Notes: generated by a model from the sequence alone, not told the origin. A DNA stretch of 64,000 nucleotides from Scenedesmus sp. PABB004 (GCA_014905635.1 JABVCE010000012.1:372001-436000), one strand, 5' to 3'; positions 1 to 11,974 are shown, counted from the stretch's first letter. Made by a program: numbers and translations.

Positions 1-1905
1 TCTCCCTCGCCACGCACGCGCGCACCACCACGACGCTGGCAGCGCCCCCCGCACACGCACGCGCGCCCAGCCACGGGCCTGCCTCGCCTCGCCCTGGCCG
101 CGCTAGGCGGCGCGCTGCGCGTCGCCCTCGAGGGCGACGTCCGAGTCCCCCTCCCCCACCCCGTCCTCGTCCTCCTCCCAATCGTCCGAGTCCTCCCCCA
201 CCCCGTCCTCGTCCGCCTCCCCATCGCCCGAGCCCCCCTCCCCCTCCCCTCCTCCCCCTCCCCCTCCCCCTCCCCCTCGTCCTCGTCCTCCCCCTCGTCC
301 TCGTCCTCATCATCCGCGAACAAGCTGAGGAAGGCAAGGAAACGGGCAATCTCAGGGTGGTCGTCCGCCGACACGGGCTGCGCTCGGATCCACGCGACCA
401 CGGCCTCGTGGCCAAGGACAAACGCCCCGTCCTCGCACTGCATGCGCTGCCACGGGCAGCCGTTGGCACGCAGCCAGCGCAGCGCCTCCAGGTGCCCGTG
501 CGCAGCCGCCAGCCTGCACACCTCCTTGTTCCACGGCGCGGGCTCGTCCTGGGCGCGCACCCAGCGCAGCATCTCCAGGTCGCCGCGCTCCGCAGCGAAC
601 CTGCACACCCAGTCCCCGTCCCACGGCACCGGCGGCATCTGCGCGCGCGCCCAGCGCAGCACATCCAGCTGCCCGCCCGCGGCAGCTCCGCAACAAGCGT
701 TCCACAGGTCCAGCCCCTCGCCGCGCGCCCACTCCAGCACGGCGAGCTGGCCGGCGCGTGCTGCCTTGTGGACCCCGCCGTGCACGTTGCAGCCGGCGCC
801 GCGCAGCCAGGCCAGCCCCGCCACGTCCCCGCACGCAGCGCGCGCCCCGGCCAGCCGCGACTGCTGCCGCCCATCACCCTGCAACGCCCGCCACGCCTCC
901 TGCACCGCCGCCAGCGGCAGCTCGGGGCAGCGCAGCGAGACGACCGTGGCGCCACGGAAGCGCTCGTGCGCCGCCTTGCAGACCAGCTTGGGGCACCACG
1001 CCTGCAGGGCCAGCGGCAGGAGGTCCAGGACATGGAGCACGAGCGGCTCGGGCAGCTCCGGCAGCGGGCTGCTGGCGGCGCGGCGGGGCGAGGGCGAGCG
1101 GGGCGGGCGGAGGGCGGTCAGGCGCGCCTGCTGCCGGCGGTGGTGGTTCGTGGGCAGCGCGTGCCGCTCCAGGCAGCATCAGCCAGGGGGGCCCCAGCAG
1201 CAGCAGCAGCGGCCCCAACTCGGCGCCGCCTCGGCCCCCGCCGGTGCCTCGCCTGCTGCCGCTGCGGCCGCGCATGCGCTCGTGGTCGGCGCGGCGTGCC
1301 GCTTGCCCGCTGGCGCAGCAGACATGGTTCCACCTGACAGCCTGCGGGCCACCAGGGAGCAGCAGGCGGGGCGCCGGCAGCAGCGTGCGAGCGCGCGGGC
1401 GGCGTGAGCGCGGCAACAGCAGCGCGCGGCGCCCGCCCCCGCCGCCCCGGCGCGGCGGCGCGACGGCGGGCCTACCAGCGGCGCCCGGAGCGCGCAGAAC
1501 TAGCGGCGCACGCCACACGCCCGCCCGCCGCGCACCGCCGGTGCCCCCGCCGCCCGCAGCGGGCGCCGCGCAGCGCGCCCCGCCCGCCCGCCGCTGCCCT
1601 CCCCGCCTGCCCGCGCGCGCGGCTCGCCTGGCGCTGCGCTGGGCGGCACGGCCTAGTCACCACGCGCCCGCGGGTCCGCGCGCCCCGCCTGGCCAGGGGC
1701 GCGCCGCGGCGGCAGCGGGCGCTGCGATTCGAACGGCAGCGCGCGTGCGAGCGGGAGCTGCGAGGGCACTTCCACCGCTGTGTGCGTTTGCGTGTGGCAT
1801 GGGGCTGTGGGCGGCGGCTGTGGGCGGCGCGCGCGGGGGGGCTCCTCGATGGCGGCGCGGGCAGACAGCCGGGCGGCGCCGCCGCCCTGCGCCGCCGCCC
1901 TGCGA
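1..1905 (-). repeat. F-box/ankyrin cassette copy A (gene + conserved leader + downstream spacer; runs off the window start)
   Basis: Leader 1326-~1905 aligns by eye with the leaders of copies B-H (e.g. ctagtcacc...ccgcctggccaggggcgc). Bases 1-90 match the spacer at 4467-4550 downstream of copy B. Boundaries are approximate. Confidence 0.85.
103..1325 (-). pseudogene. F-box + ankyrin-like repeat protein, copy A, with acidic C-terminal tail; probably defective
   Basis: ATG at 1325 ([15 protein letters not shown]). Exon 2 from 1071 reads [30 protein letters not shown]...[16 protein letters not shown]...WIRAQPVSADD then DEDEDEGE. The family donor AG|GTGGGT reads AG|TTGGGG here. A 1-nt shift in a C-run near 246 separates the ORF from the TAG at 103-105. 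Confidence 0.7.
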
Positions 1906-2338
1906 GCGCCGCGTGGTGTTTCAAGCGGCGGCGCCGCAGCAACGCCGCGCCTCCAATGCGCGCACACCAGACACACGCCAGCCAGCCAGCCAAGCGCGCC
2001 CCCAGAGCTGCGCGCTCACTCGCGCTCGAGCAGCACGCCGTCGTCCGTCGAGGACGCAGGCGACGGCCGCCCCCCTGGCCGCTGCTGCTGCGACCCGCGC
2101 GCGGCCCCGTTGCCACCGCCGCCGCTGCCGCCGCTGGGCCGCTCGACCAGCTCCCCCTCCTCCGCCTCGCAGGAGGCCTGGCGGCTGGCGCCGGCGCCAG
2201 ACGCGGCGCTCGGCGGGCCCGGCTGCGCCGCGCGGTGCTGCGCCGCCACGATGCCGCCCCAGCCCGACGTGTAGACGCTCGACGGCGCCGCAAAAGCGGA
2301 CTGCTGCTGCTCGAGGCTGCCGGCGCTGCCGCTCGCGC

Positions 2339-2744
2339 TCAGCGCGCCGCCGCCGCCGCCGCCGCCGGCGCCGCCGGCAGCGCGCGCGCCTGCTGCGCGG
2401 CTGCCGCCGCCGCCGCCGCGCCGCCCGCCCCCGGCGCCGGCGACGCCGCGCCGGGCGAGTGCAGGGCGAAGAAGGGCCCGCTCTCCACGCGCGGCAGATC
2501 GACGAGCAGGAACTGATCACCCCCGCCCGACGGCGCCGCGCCCGGCGCGCCCGGCGCGCCCGGCGGACCGCCGCCGTCGCCGCCGCCGCCGGCGCTGGCC
2601 TGTGCGCGCGCCTGCGCCTGCGCCGCCTGCGCCGCCTGCGGCTTGACGCCCGGCATGGTGCTGGTGAGGGCGTGCAGGATGTCGATGCGCTGCTGCAGCT
2701 CCGCCACCTCCTGCAGGAACGCGCGGCGCCTGCGCAGCGCAGCA

Positions 2745-2788
<44 letters not shown>

Positions 2789-3857
2789 AGGCGCTCGTGC
2801 CGCGCCGCGGCGAGGCGAGCCGCGCGCGCACGCTCAGGCGCCGGCCGGCGCCGGCGCGGACCTGCGCTTGTGGTCGAGCAGCGACGCGGCGAAGCGCCCG
2901 ATGCTGCTGCGCGCGAATCGCCACGTCACAACGAGGGCCGTGACCGCTGCCAGCCCGCCGCGCAGCCAGCGCGACTCGCCGGGCTGCGCGGGGCGCGGCG
3001 CGCGGGGCGTGAGCGGGCGGGTGGCGCCGTCCCGCCCTGCCGCCGCGCCTGCCGGCCCGCCGCTGCGCCACCACCGCCACCGCCGCCGGCCCGATGCCGC
3101 ACCCCCAGGGGAACGAGACGACGGCGGGGCGGCGGCAGCGGCGGCGGCGGCAGCGCAGCGCAGCGCGCGCGCACGCGCCCACCGGCAGCGGTGCGACAGC
3201 GCGCGCGAGCTTGAACAGCGCCCACGCCGCGGCGCTGACCGCCGCCGCCTTGGCCAGCTGCGAGGCGCGCGCGGCGCGCGTGAGCGCGCGCCCGCGCGCC
3301 GCGCCATGCCCCCGCGCCGCGCCACGCGCGCCAGCGCGCGCCGCGCCCCCGCGCGCCGCACCTCATCTGCGATGTAGGCTGGAGGGAAGAGCTCCGGCTC
3401 GAGCTCGTCCACCAGCGACTCCAGGCGCTGCGCAGGGGGGCCGGCGGGGCGCGCGGCGGCGGCGCGGCGCGGCGCTCGGGCGGGCCGGGCCAGGGCAGCC
3501 AGCCCGGGCGCGGCGCGCTGCGGCGAGTGAGGGAGGGAGCGTGCGGCCGCGCCGCGCCGCGCGGCGCACCGCGGCCTCCAGCCGGAGCGCGGCGACGTGC
3601 TGCGCCACGGTCGCCGCGCCGCGGCGCAGCGCGCTGGCGTCGGTCGCGTGGAGGTCGTGCAGCTTCTGCTGCAGCGCCGACACCTGCGCGGCCGGGTCGG
3701 ACGCCTGAGCGCCCGCGCTCAGGGGGCGCCCCCGCCGCGCGAGGGCTGCCGCTGTCGGCGAGCGCTGTTGCCGCTGCTGCCGCTGCCGCCGCCGCGGCGC
3801 CGCCCCCACCTGCGCCTGCAGCTCCGCCACGCGAGGGCTGTCACTGGGGGCGTCCAT
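2339..3857 (-). CDS. Hypothetical multi-exon protein with coiled-coil segments and about 2 hydrophobic helices
   Basis: Exons bounded by GT/AG: MDAPSDSPRVAELQAQ | ASDPAAQVSALQQKLHDL | LVDELEPELFPPAYIADE | AVSAAAWALFKLAR | WLRGGLAAVTALVVTWRF | EVAELQQRIDILHALTST...stop at 2339. No family recognised. Confidence 0.55.
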
Positions 3858-4553
3858 GCGCGGCGACGTGGCCGCGACGCGGCCCCTGCGCGTGGGCCCA
3901 CGCACGCAACCCGCCGCGAGCTCGCCCCGCGCCCACGGGCCCCAACAGCGCCCCGGCGGTGGCGCCTTTGCGATCCCGACTGACCGCGCCCCCGCCTGGC
4001 CAGGGGCGCGCCGCGGGCGGGGGCGGGCGCCGGGCGGCGGCGGCGCGGTGCGTGCGGGCGCTGTGAGAGGCACGGCCGGTGCTGGTGTGTGCGTGCGGCA
4101 GGGGCGCTGAGGGGTACGGCTGTGGGCGGCGGGGCGGCGCGCGCGCTGGGGCCTCCTCGGCGGCGGCGCGGGCAGCCGGCCGGGCGCCTGCGCCCTGGGC
4201 CCCGCACCGCCACCCACGTGGCGCCGGGCTGGCGCGGCGCGGCGCGGCGACGTGCCGCCGTCGCCAGCGCTTGGCGCGGGAAGCTCGGCCCCCGCTCGTG
4301 CACTGCGTGCGCGGTCGGCCGCGGCCGGTTGCCAGCGCGCGCCGCCTCGCCGCCGCCAACTCCCCTCTCCCTCGGCACGCACCCGCGCACCACACGCCCC
4401 GGGCAGCGCCCGATGCACGCACGCGCGCCCAGCCAACTTCCCTCGCCGCCGCCAACTTCCCTCCCCTCTCCCTCGCCACGCGCGCGCACCAGGCCGCAGG
4501 CAGCGCCCCCCGCGCACGCGCGCGCGCCCAGCCACGGGCCTGCCTCGCCTTAA

Positions 4554-4589
4554 GACTACGATCAGGGCAAGCTTGCCCTGATCGTAGTC
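4554..4589. repeat. Perfect 36-bp palindrome
   Basis: GACTACGATCAGGGCAAG|CTTGCCCTGATCGTAGTC is self-reverse-complementary and lies about 10 bp beyond the copy B stop codon. Confidence 0.97.
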
Positions 4590-4598
4590 CGAGCTGAG

Positions 4599-5897
4599 TT
4601 AATCGGGACCGTCCGAGTCGGAGCTGTCCGGCAGCTCCCGGATCCACGCGACCATGGCCTCATGGCCATTGCGGGCCGCCGCGCGCGCACACACGCCGCG
4701 TCGCCACGGGCAGCCGTTGGCGCGCAGCCAGCGCAGCGCCTCCAACTGCCCGCGCTCAGCGGCCGTCCTGCACACCCCCTTGTCCCACGGCGCGGGCTCG
4801 GCCTGGGCGCGTGCCCAGCGCAGCATCTCCAGGTCGCCGCGCCGCGCAGCCCAATAGCACACCTGGTCGCCCCATGGCAGCGGCGGCGTCTGCGCGCGCG
4901 CCCAGCGCAGAGCCGCCAGCTGCCCGCCCTCGGCTGCTCCGCTGCACACGCCCCGCAGGTCCAGCCCCTCGCCGCGCGCCCACTCCAGCACGGCGAGGTG
5001 CCCCTTCCGAGCCGCCGCCCAGCACGCCTCCTTGTTCCACGGCGGGAGCTTCGCCTGGGCGCGCAGCCAGCGCAGCACCTCCAGGTCGCCGCGCTCCGCA
5101 GCGATGTGGCACACGTGGTCACCCCAGGGCAGCGGCGGCGTCTGCGCGCGCGCCCAGCGCAGCACCGCCAGCTGACCGCCCGTGGCTGCTGCACTGCACA
5201 CGTCTCCCAGGCCCAGCTTCTTGACGCGCGCCCGGATGGAGTGGGCCCACTCCAGCACGGCAAGGTGGCCGTGCCGCGCTGCTGGCCAGCACACGCCGCG
5301 CACGTTGCAGCCGGCGCCCTCCAGCCAGGCCAGCCCCGCCACGTCGCCGCACGCAGCGCGCGCCTCCACCAGCGACCGCCGCCGCTCCGCTGCAATCTGG
5401 CTCCAGTCGCGGCGCCCCGCGTTCCGCCCCGAGCGGCGCCGCTCTGCCATGACTTGCAACGCTCGCCAGGCCTCCTGCACCGCCGCCAGCGGCAGCTCGG
5501 GGCAGCGCACCGAGAGGTGCTTGGCGCGGCGGAAGCGCTCGCGCGCCGCCTTGCAGACCAGCCTGGCGGTCCACGCCCGCAGGGCTGGCGGCAGGAAGCT
5601 CAGGACGTGGAGCACGAGGGGTTCGGGCAGGTCGCGCCACAGGCTGGCGGCACATCGCCGGCGGCGGAGCGGACGGGTGGGCGCGGGCGGTCAGGCGGCG
5701 CCTGATGCCGGCGGTGGTGGCTTGTGGGCAGCGCGTGCCGCGCCAGGCAGCACCAGCCAGGAGGGTGCCAGCAGCCAGCGGACCCACCTCGCCGCCGCCT
5801 CCGCGCCGCCAGGCACCTCTCCCGCCGCCGCAGCTCCTGCCGCGTGCGCGCTCGTGGTCGGCCCGGCGCGTCGCTTGCCCGCCGGCGCAGCAGACAT
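4599..5897 (-). CDS. F-box + ankyrin-like repeat protein, copy B (intact; duplicated a-b-c module block)
   Basis: Exon 1 5897-5788 (110 nt), GTGGGT..CAG intron, exon 2 5643-4599. Reads [31 protein letters not shown], then repeats of type AAxxGxLxxLxW and [16 protein letters not shown]. Confidence 0.85.
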
Positions 5898-6619
5898 GGT
5901 GCCGCCTGACAGCCTGCGGGCCAGCAGGGAGCAGCAGGCGGGGCACCGGCAGACGCGGGCGAGCGCGCGGGCGGCGTGAGCGCGGCAGCAGCAGCGCGCG
6001 GCGCCCTGCCCCTGCCCCGGCCCGGCGGCGCGGCGGCGGGCCTGCCAGCGACGCCCGGGCGCGCAGGCCCGGCCGCCCACGCGACATGCCCGCCCGCCGC
6101 GCACCGCCGGTGCCCCCGCAGCCCGCGGCGGGCGCCGCGCAGCGCGGCCCGCCCGCCGCCGCTGCCCTCCCCGCCTGCCCGCGCGCCCGGCTCGCCTGGC
6201 GCTGCGCTCGGCGGCACGGCCTAGTCACCAGGCGCCCGCACGTCCGCGCCCCGCCTGGCCAGGGGCGCGTCGCGGGCGGGGGCGGGCGCGGGGCGGCGGC
6301 GGCGCGGTGTGCGTGTGGGCGCTGTGAGGGGCGCGGCCGGCGCTCGTGTGCGTGTGCGGCAGGAGCGCTGAGGGTGGCGGCTGTGGGCGGCGGGGCGGCG
6401 CGCGCGGGGGCCTCTTCGGCGGCGGCGGCGCGGGCAGCTGGCCGGGCGGCGCCTGCGCCCTGGGCCCTGCACCGCCGCCCGCGTGCCGCTGCTGCCAGGC
6501 GGGCGCGGCGCGGCGACGTGCCGCCGCTGACAGCGCCCAGCGACGGCGCAAGAGCGCGACCCGCCCAGTTCCACTGCGTGCGCGGTCGGCCGGTTGCCAG
6601 CGCGCGCCGCACGCCGAGC

Positions 6620-7685
6620 TCAGCCGCCGCCGCCGCGCAGGCGCGGCGCGAGGCGCGGGAACAGCCTCAGCGCGTTGGCGGTCGTCGCCGCGGCGACCTG
6701 GGCCTCGCTGAGCCCCTTGATGCGCGCGACTGCGGCGCAGCTGACACCGAGGTTGGCGGGCACGTTGGCCACGCCCCGCTCCGGCCCGAGCGCCGGCGCG
6801 TCGGTCTCGAGCACCAGCGCGGCCAGCGGCAGCGCCGCGACGAGGCGCTGCATCGTCGGCGAGCGCACGACGCTCGGCGGCACAGAAAAGTAGTGCCCCG
6901 CCGCGGCGCCTGCGGCCGCGGCGGGCGGAGCGGGCGTGCGGGCCCGCCGCGCGGGTCAGCCCGCGCGCGCCGGTCAGCCCGCGCGCGCCGCGCGCCGCGC
7001 GCCGCGCGCCGCGCCGCACCGCGCAGCGCGTGGGCGGGCCGCCCGTCAAACGCGTGCAGCAGGCTCGGCGGCGCGCCGCCGCGCAGCAGCGCGTCGATCG
7101 CGTAGTGCCCGGCACACCGGCTGTGCACATTAAGCGGGAGGCCGAGCTCCCGGGCGAGGCCAATCTGCGCCTCAAACACCTGCCGGGCGCGCGTGACGTT
7201 GCCGGCGCGCGCGCGCGCGGGCCCGCGTCGGCGCGGCGGCCCGAGCCCCGCCGGCGCGGCCCCCCGCCCCGGCGCGTCCCAGCCGCCGCGCCGCGGACCT
7301 CGGTCTGCGCCGCGCGCAGCTCGTCGCTGTCGCCCACGACGTGGCGGGAGAAGTCGAGGCCCACCTCCCCCACCGCGACGAGCTGCTGCGCGTGGTCACG
7401 GACGAACTGAAGCACCGGCGCCACCTCGTCGTGCGCCACGCTGCGGACGCCGCCCGCGCCCGCTGCGCTCGGCGCCGCGGGCTGCACCGGGTGCAGCCCC
7501 GCGCACGGCGCGACGAGCGGCTGCGCCGCCGAGAGCGCGAGCACGGACCGGCAGTCGGCGAGCGTTTCGGGCACCGCCACGATCGCGCCCACGCCCGCCG
7601 CCGCCGCGTCGGCCGCCAGGCGCGGCAGGTCCTGTTCGGCGAAGGACGGGGCGTAGAAGTGGCAGTGCGCGTCCACCAGCAGCAT
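6620..7685 (-). CDS. TatD-family DNase (TATDN3-like), 3 exons
   Basis: Motifs VDAHCH, GLHP, VGEVGLDFS, NVHSR, LHAFDG, LETDAP. Confidence 0.93.
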
Positions 7686-8119
7686 CGCCGGCGGCGGCAG
7701 CGCCGCCCTCCCCGCGCGCCCCCAAAACCGGGCAGCAGCAGCGACGGCAGCGGCAGCGGCACCACCCCCAGCGCCCCAGTGTCTGCCGGGCGTGTCCTGT
7801 GCGGAGCAGGCGCATCGGCGAGAGCAGCGAGTCAGGAAGGCAGTGCCGCCGCGGCCAGGGCGCCGGCGATGGCGTGGGCGCCGCCCGGGCCGCTGAAGCG
7901 CAAGCTGTCACGACGCAGCGCTGCCCAGGCGAACCGAGCCTCCGCTGCTCCTCGCGCAGTGCGAGAGTGAGTGACGGTGGAGCTGTCCAGCTGGGGAATC
8001 AGCGCACGCCACAGCCGGACGCGCAGCTAGGCCGCCGCTGGTGCCGCCGCCGCTGCTGCCGCTGCTGCCCGCCGCCAGCCGCCGGCGCGGGCGGGCGCCC
8101 CCGCGGGCGGGCGCGAGCT

Positions 8120-9541
8120 ATGAAGCTCAAGGAGCTCCACGCGCTGATGCAGGTGGGAGCGCGCAGCGAGGCGGCGGCAGCGGCGGCGCCCGCGTGCGCG
8201 CTGCGTCCACGCCGCCGCGCCGCCCCCTGGCTCCCTGCAGGACATCGCGCCCTTTGACAGCCCCAAGCCGGCGCTGGAGCAGTACCCCACGGGCCCGGAC
8301 ATCGCGTCGCGCATGCTCTACACGGTGCGGCGGGCAGCGCGGCGCTGGCAGCGCGCGCCGGCCTGGCTGGCGGGCGCACGCGCAGCCGGCGGCGGCTCCG
8401 CCCGCCAGCCCCGCCGCTCACGCCGCCGCGCCGCCGCCGCCGCCAGATCGAGTCGGCGTACGGCGACATCGCCGGCCGCGTCGTGGCGGACCTCGGCACC
8501 GGCACGGTGCGCGGCGCGGCTGACGCCAGGCTGCCGGCGCGCCCCGCCTCGCGCGCCCCGCCCGTCCGCCCGCCCGCCTCGCGCGCCCCGACAGCCGCCC
8601 CACCCCACCCGCCTCCGCCTGCTGCTGCTGCTTCAAATGCAGGGCATGCTCGCGATTGGCGCGGCGCTGCTGGGCAGCCCCGCGGTGCTGGGCGTGGACG
8701 TGGACGCCGACGCGCTGGCGGTCGCGCAGGCCAACGCCGACGCGTACGACGAGCCCCTGCCGGTGCGGCCAGCGCTGCGCTGCTGCGCGCCCGCCGCCGC
8801 GCCACGCGTGAGGCGCTGCGTGGCCTGCCGCCGCGGCCTCGGCCACGGGGCCGCCGCGCAGCTCAGCCGCGCCGCGCCGCCGCGCCTGGGCCCAACCCGT
8901 CAACCCTAAACTGCAGATTGACTTTGTGCTGTCCGAGGTCGGCGCGCTGCCGCGCGCGGCGGGCCGGCTCGCGCCGCACACTGTGGTGATGAACCCGCCC
9001 TTCGGCACCAAGGCGGGCGCCAAGGGCGCCGACGTCGCCTTCCTGCGCGCCGCCGCGGCGCTGCGCCCGGCCGCGATATACTCGCTGCACAAGACCTCCA
9101 CGCGGGCGCACATCGAGAAGGTCGCGCTGCGGTGCGCGGCGCGCCCTGGCTGCACCGCCGTGCCGTGCCCTGGCTGCGCCGCCGCGCGTGCGTCAAAACG
9201 CAAGCCGCCTGCGAGCGGCGCGCAGGGAGCTCGGGTGCGTGAGCGCGGAGGTGATCGCGGAGCTGCGCTACGCCCTGCCCGCGACGATGCGCTTCCACAA
9301 GTGCGGCGGGGCTCAGCGGCGCGCGGCGGGGCCTGGCGCCTGGGGCGGCGCGGGCCTCGCGAGGCGATCGCCGACCCCGCCGCCGCCGCGGCCGCGCCGC
9401 GTGCGCAGGCAGAGCAGCGTCGACATCGCGGTGGACGTGTGGCGCCTGGCGCTGCGGCACGGCAGCGACGGCGGCGGCAGCAGCAGCGAGGGCGAGGGCG
9501 GCAGCGAAGCGGGCGAGAGCAGCGGCGACGGCGGCGGCTGA
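8120..9541 (+). CDS. METTL5: METTL5-like rRNA N6-adenosine methyltransferase, multi-exon
   Basis: MKLKEL..., PKPALEQYPTGPDIA, VADLGTGTGML, VMNPPFGTK, IYSLHKTSTR, AELRYALPATMRFHK, VDIAVDVWR. Confidence 0.93.
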
Positions 9542-9808
9542 CGCGGCGCGGCGCGCCGGCGGGCGCCGCAGGGCGGCTGCAGCCGCAGCCGCCGGCCGGC
9601 GGGCGGGCCGCACGCCGGCGTCCGTCTGTTACGAGCCCTGGCTCCCCTCTCGCCCTCCGCCCGCCCTCCCGCGCCCGCGCCCGCGTCCGGCCCGGCCCGT
9701 CCGTCCCAGCCTGCGCTCCCTCGCGCGGCCCCTCCCCGCCGCCGCCGCGCCGCCCACGCCCGCCTCGCTCCCTGCTGGATGGAGGTCGAACCAGCAGGGC
9801 GCGCCTCT

Positions 9809-10231
9809 TCACTCCTTGCTGGTGATGACGAGGAGGGCGAGGAGGCCGATCAGTCCAAACTTGAGCAGCGGGTAGTCGTTCATCACGATCGTGACCATGC
9901 CCATGTAGGGCAGGAAGCTGGGCGGGCGCGGACGGCACGGGCGGACGGGGGGCGTGACGTGGTGCGGCGCGAAGGCGAGCGGGCGGCGCGGGCGGCGCAA
10001 GGTGAGGTCAGACAGGGAGGGGGGAGGGGCGAGGCAGAGCGAGCGGCCAGCAGTGGCGCGGCGCGACATACAGCCCCCTCCTCACCCGACCGCGCGGCCC
10101 ATGATGTGGTGCATGTGCAGCCACTCCTGCCCCCGCGCGTACAGCAGGCGGTCGTCGCCGTAGTTGTTGTCGCCCTGCGCGGCGCGACGCGCGCACGGGC
10201 GGCCGTGTCGGCATTGCGGTGCACCCGCAGG

Positions 10232-10312
<81 letters not shown>

Positions 10313-10706
10313 CCGCCCGCACGCCTTTGTGAGGATGTCGAGGTGCGGCCGCGCGCCGCCGCCCGCGCCCCGCGCCGCTGCCAGACTCTCCGCCGCCGCC
10401 GGCGCCGGCGGCGCCGGGCGCGCGCTGGTGGACCTTTATGACGCGGTGCACGATGGGAATGTCGCGGCCGTCGATGTTGAAGACCACAATCTCCCCCGTG
10501 CGCACGGGGGCGGCGCCCATGTGCAGGAAGAGGATGTCGCCGCGCTGGAAGCCCGGCTCCATGCTGCCGCTCAGCACGACCACGACCTGGGCGGGCCGAC
10601 GGGCGGGCGGGGCGGCCGAGCGGGCGGGCGCGGGCGGGCGGGCAGGCGCATGCGGGCGCGGGCGCGTGGGGCGGTGGCGCGCAGGGCGCGCGGCGGCGGC
10701 GGCGGC

Positions 10707-10770
<64 letters not shown>

Positions 10771-11198
10771 GGCGGCGGCGGCGGCAGCGGCGGCGTCGGC
10801 TGACCGGCGACTCGCTGCCGGTGAGGAGCATGAGGCTCTTCCATATGATCAGCGCCGACGTCACCACCAGGCCTGGACCGGCGGCGCGGGGGCGGCGGGC
10901 AGGGGCGGAGAGAGGGTGAGGGGGAGAGGGAGGAGGGGTGAGAGAGCGAGAGATGGGCGGCGGCGGCCGGCGGTTGCGGCGGTTGGCGCGCCCCGGCCGC
11001 CCGCCCGCCGGCTGCCGGTGCGCCAGCCGCCGCCCCCGGAGCGCCGCCCGCGCCGCGCCCCGCCGCGAAGCCGCGCCGCGAAGCCGCGCCGCGCCGCTGG
11101 GCCGCACCCAGGTTGACTGCCTGGTTCATGAGCGCGCGCGGCGACATCGCGCGCAGCTCGGCGGTGAAGCCGTCCCACTGCTCGCGCACCCACTCCAT
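9809..11198 (-). CDS. SEC11: Signal peptidase complex catalytic subunit SEC11
   Basis: [16 protein letters not shown] | [21 protein letters not shown]...[36 protein letters not shown]. Confidence 0.96.
10232..10312. repeat. (GCC)n trinucleotide microsatellite in a SEC11 intron
   Basis: Uninterrupted GCC run; a similar GGC run occurs at about 10708-10770. Confidence 0.9.
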
Positions 11199-11974
11199 CG
11201 CGGCGCGGCGCGCCGGCGCGCGGGCGCGCAGACTGCGGGCGCGCGGCGCGGCGCGGGGGCACGCGGGCGGCGGGTCGGCAGCGCGCTGTAGCTGCCACTG
11301 GCCGCCGCCGCGCCCGGCCTGCGCGCGGGCGGCCGTCGCCGTGTGCTGTTGCTGCTGCCGCAGGATCCACGGCCACGGCAGCGCTACGGCCACAGCGTCG
11401 CAGGGCAGCAGCGGGCTGCCGCCGCCCCGTGAGCGCCGCGCTGCCGCCGCCGCCGCTGCTGCCGGGCGCCCGCCGTCGCCGCCGCCGATCGGCGCGCGCG
11501 TCTGGCCGGCCAGTGGCTGCTACAGCGCGCTGTTCGCACCGGGTGGAGGCCCTAAACGCGCGAGGCGGCGCGCGCTGGAGCAGGCGGGAGCTCCCGCTGC
11601 TGGCGCTGCGGCGCAGTCGGCGGCACGCGGCGGGCCGGTGCGGTGGCTGCGAGCTCGGCGTTCGCGGCTGCGTGGGTCAGGGGCGACGCGGGTGTGTGCG
11701 AGGCGCGGAGGGGCGCGCGGCGGCGGCGCAAGCGGGGAACGCCGCAGCGGTTGAGCGCCGAGCTCCGCCGCCGCGGCGCAAGCTGCTCGGCAGCGCCACC
11801 CGCTTTCCGGCGGCCACACCCCTCCGCTTGCGCACACCGCTCGCCCCCACTCGCCCTGCTTCGCCGCCAGGCCACGACCGCGTCCGCCCGCCAGCGCCGA
11901 CGCACGCGCCCGCTCCGAGCTCCGCAGCGCCGCCTGATCGCGGCCCCGGCTTGCCCCGGCGCGCCGCAGCGGCC

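Larger units (their letters stand above)
3984..6610 (-). repeat. F-box/ankyrin cassette copy B, flanked by ~360-bp imperfect direct repeats (3984-4345 and 6244-6610)
   Basis: Both blocks run from ccgcgcccc(c)gcctggccaggggcgc to ccggttgccagcgcgcgccgc. Confidence 0.88.

Noticed and set aside
1721..1740. GTTCGAATC (tRNA T-loop / Pol III B-box-like) on the minus strand in the leaders of A and G (~51930)
   Set aside because: No cloverleaf or A-box could be built, and it is absent from most copies, so neither a tRNA nor a SINE is supported.
3984..6610. Copy B as a true LTR retrotransposon or TRIM
   Set aside because: No TG..CA termini, PBS, PPT, TSD or gag/pol seen; repeat ends differ between copies; an intron is retained.
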